Of a stretch of 64,000 nucleotides of DNA, positions 62,761 through 64,000 are shown in pieces. The notes beneath the pieces are model-generated. The model was not told the DNA's origin. It made no database searches and was given only the letters and a program-made list of their open reading frames with translations. Source of the DNA: Euprymna scolopes (lineage: Eukaryota); assembly GCA_053919585.1 (NCBI GenBank), contig CM132806.1; one strand, given 5' to 3'. Position numbers and translations under genes: made by a program. Position 1 is the first letter of the stretch, and every line of letters begins with the position of its first letter.

Positions 62761-63703
62761 TATTTGAAATATATTTAAAACTTAAATGTTTTTGTTTGTT
62801 TGTTTGTTTTATAACATTTTATTTGTAAATAATTTACATGGCTGAAATGGGAAATGAAATAGGAAATTTTCTATTCTGTCCCGAGACATACGAACAGAAA
62901 CTCATCTTAAAAATTCATTAACTAATCAGTTTTAATTAAAGTTTTGATATGAACTAAAAATAAAGAGTACATTAAATTTTAGTTAACATATTTTCTTGTG
63001 TTTTATTTTATAAATAAATGTTGTACACACCGTACTAAAATATTAACGTTATTTAAAAAGCCACTGTTAACAGGGGGGGGGGTTTCCAACTATTCTGCAC
63101 TTTCATCTAACAATTTAATGAAAAAAAAAAGATACCACAAAAATTTAATTTAACTTGAAAATCCTATATATCTGTATTGCATGAGTTTCAGGGGGTAATT
63201 GCTATTTTTTTTTAATATTGAAAGGTGACCAGGCCTGTTTTTCTTTTGTGTTCTGTTGTATGGTATAAATCATTTTAGTTTGTTCAGATGATTGCCGTTT
63301 AAATCAAAAATACATGTGGCTATCTGGGTTTGGTATAAAGGGATGTGATGATGCGGTTATTCCACCACTATAACGAAACATGTGACAGTCACTTGCAAAA
63401 AATATAGATACTTTCCCTATAAGAATAATAATTTGGAGACAAAAATCATAAAAATATAAAAAGGAAAAAATTATGATTCTGAAAAACTACGTGAAAAACT
63501 ACATATATATATATACATATATACATATATATACATATACATACACATATATATACAAATTAAGATTACAATAAGTTTACCAAGGTAATCAAAATGGTAA
63601 ACTTAAAATATATTATAAATATTAAAGAGTTAATATTTACAAGTAAAGTAATCTCAACCAGATGTAAACGCTCAATAAAACCGAAAAGGAAATAGAGCTT
63701 ATA

Positions 63704-63920
63704 ATATGAACAAACGATTAATAAAACATGTTAAAAAAAACTTGGAAAAGAGTTAAAAACATATTTAATATTAAAAAGGAAGCACAAGATAAGTGGATAG
63801 TCCTTAATCCGCGGTTTAAGGACTATCCACTTATCTTATGCTTCCTTTTTAATATTAAATATGTTTTTAACTCTTTTTCAAGATGTTTTTTAACCTGTTT
63901 TATTAATCATTTGTTCATAT
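63704..63920. repeat. ~217-bp near-perfect palindrome centred on ccgcgg (63809-63814)
   Basis: Arms such as aagataagtggatagtccttaa / ttaaggactatccacttatctt, continuing ~105 bp each side with few mismatches. Confidence 0.95.
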
Positions 63921-64000
63921 ACATACATATATGTATATATATATATTTATACATATATATATATACATATATATACATATGTATACATACATGTATAAAC

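Overview
AT-rich, microsatellite-rich animal genomic DNA. The repeat landscape suggests a coleoid cephalopod or another mollusc, but that is inference. There are three N-gaps (17943-18081, 23287-23494, 56556-56713). The window is dominated by one + strand gene that the ORF track almost entirely misses. I found 12 GT-AG coding exons (5310-60595) with fully consistent phases, giving 514 codons, and the gene continues past the window end. It encodes a signal peptide, five EGF modules (two calcium-binding type) and then at least two tandem Caspr/Neurexin-IV-type fibrinogen-like domains, with no LamG or discoidin domain in the part seen. The introns hold many transposon remnants: CR1/L2-group LINE copies, Penelope-like elements, R4/Dong-like ends in (TAA)n, a decayed Gypsy, two solo LTRs with 4-bp TSDs, a Chapaev3-type DNA transposon nested in a LINE, Tc1/mariner elements (one containing a 1.8-kb 21-bp minisatellite), Helitrons and two 5S-rRNA-derived SINEs. 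Several minimal hammerhead-ribozyme motifs occur in Penelope pLTR-like pieces next to (TA)n tracts, some with long inverted repeats. All family assignments come from motif recognition by eye; no database search was run.
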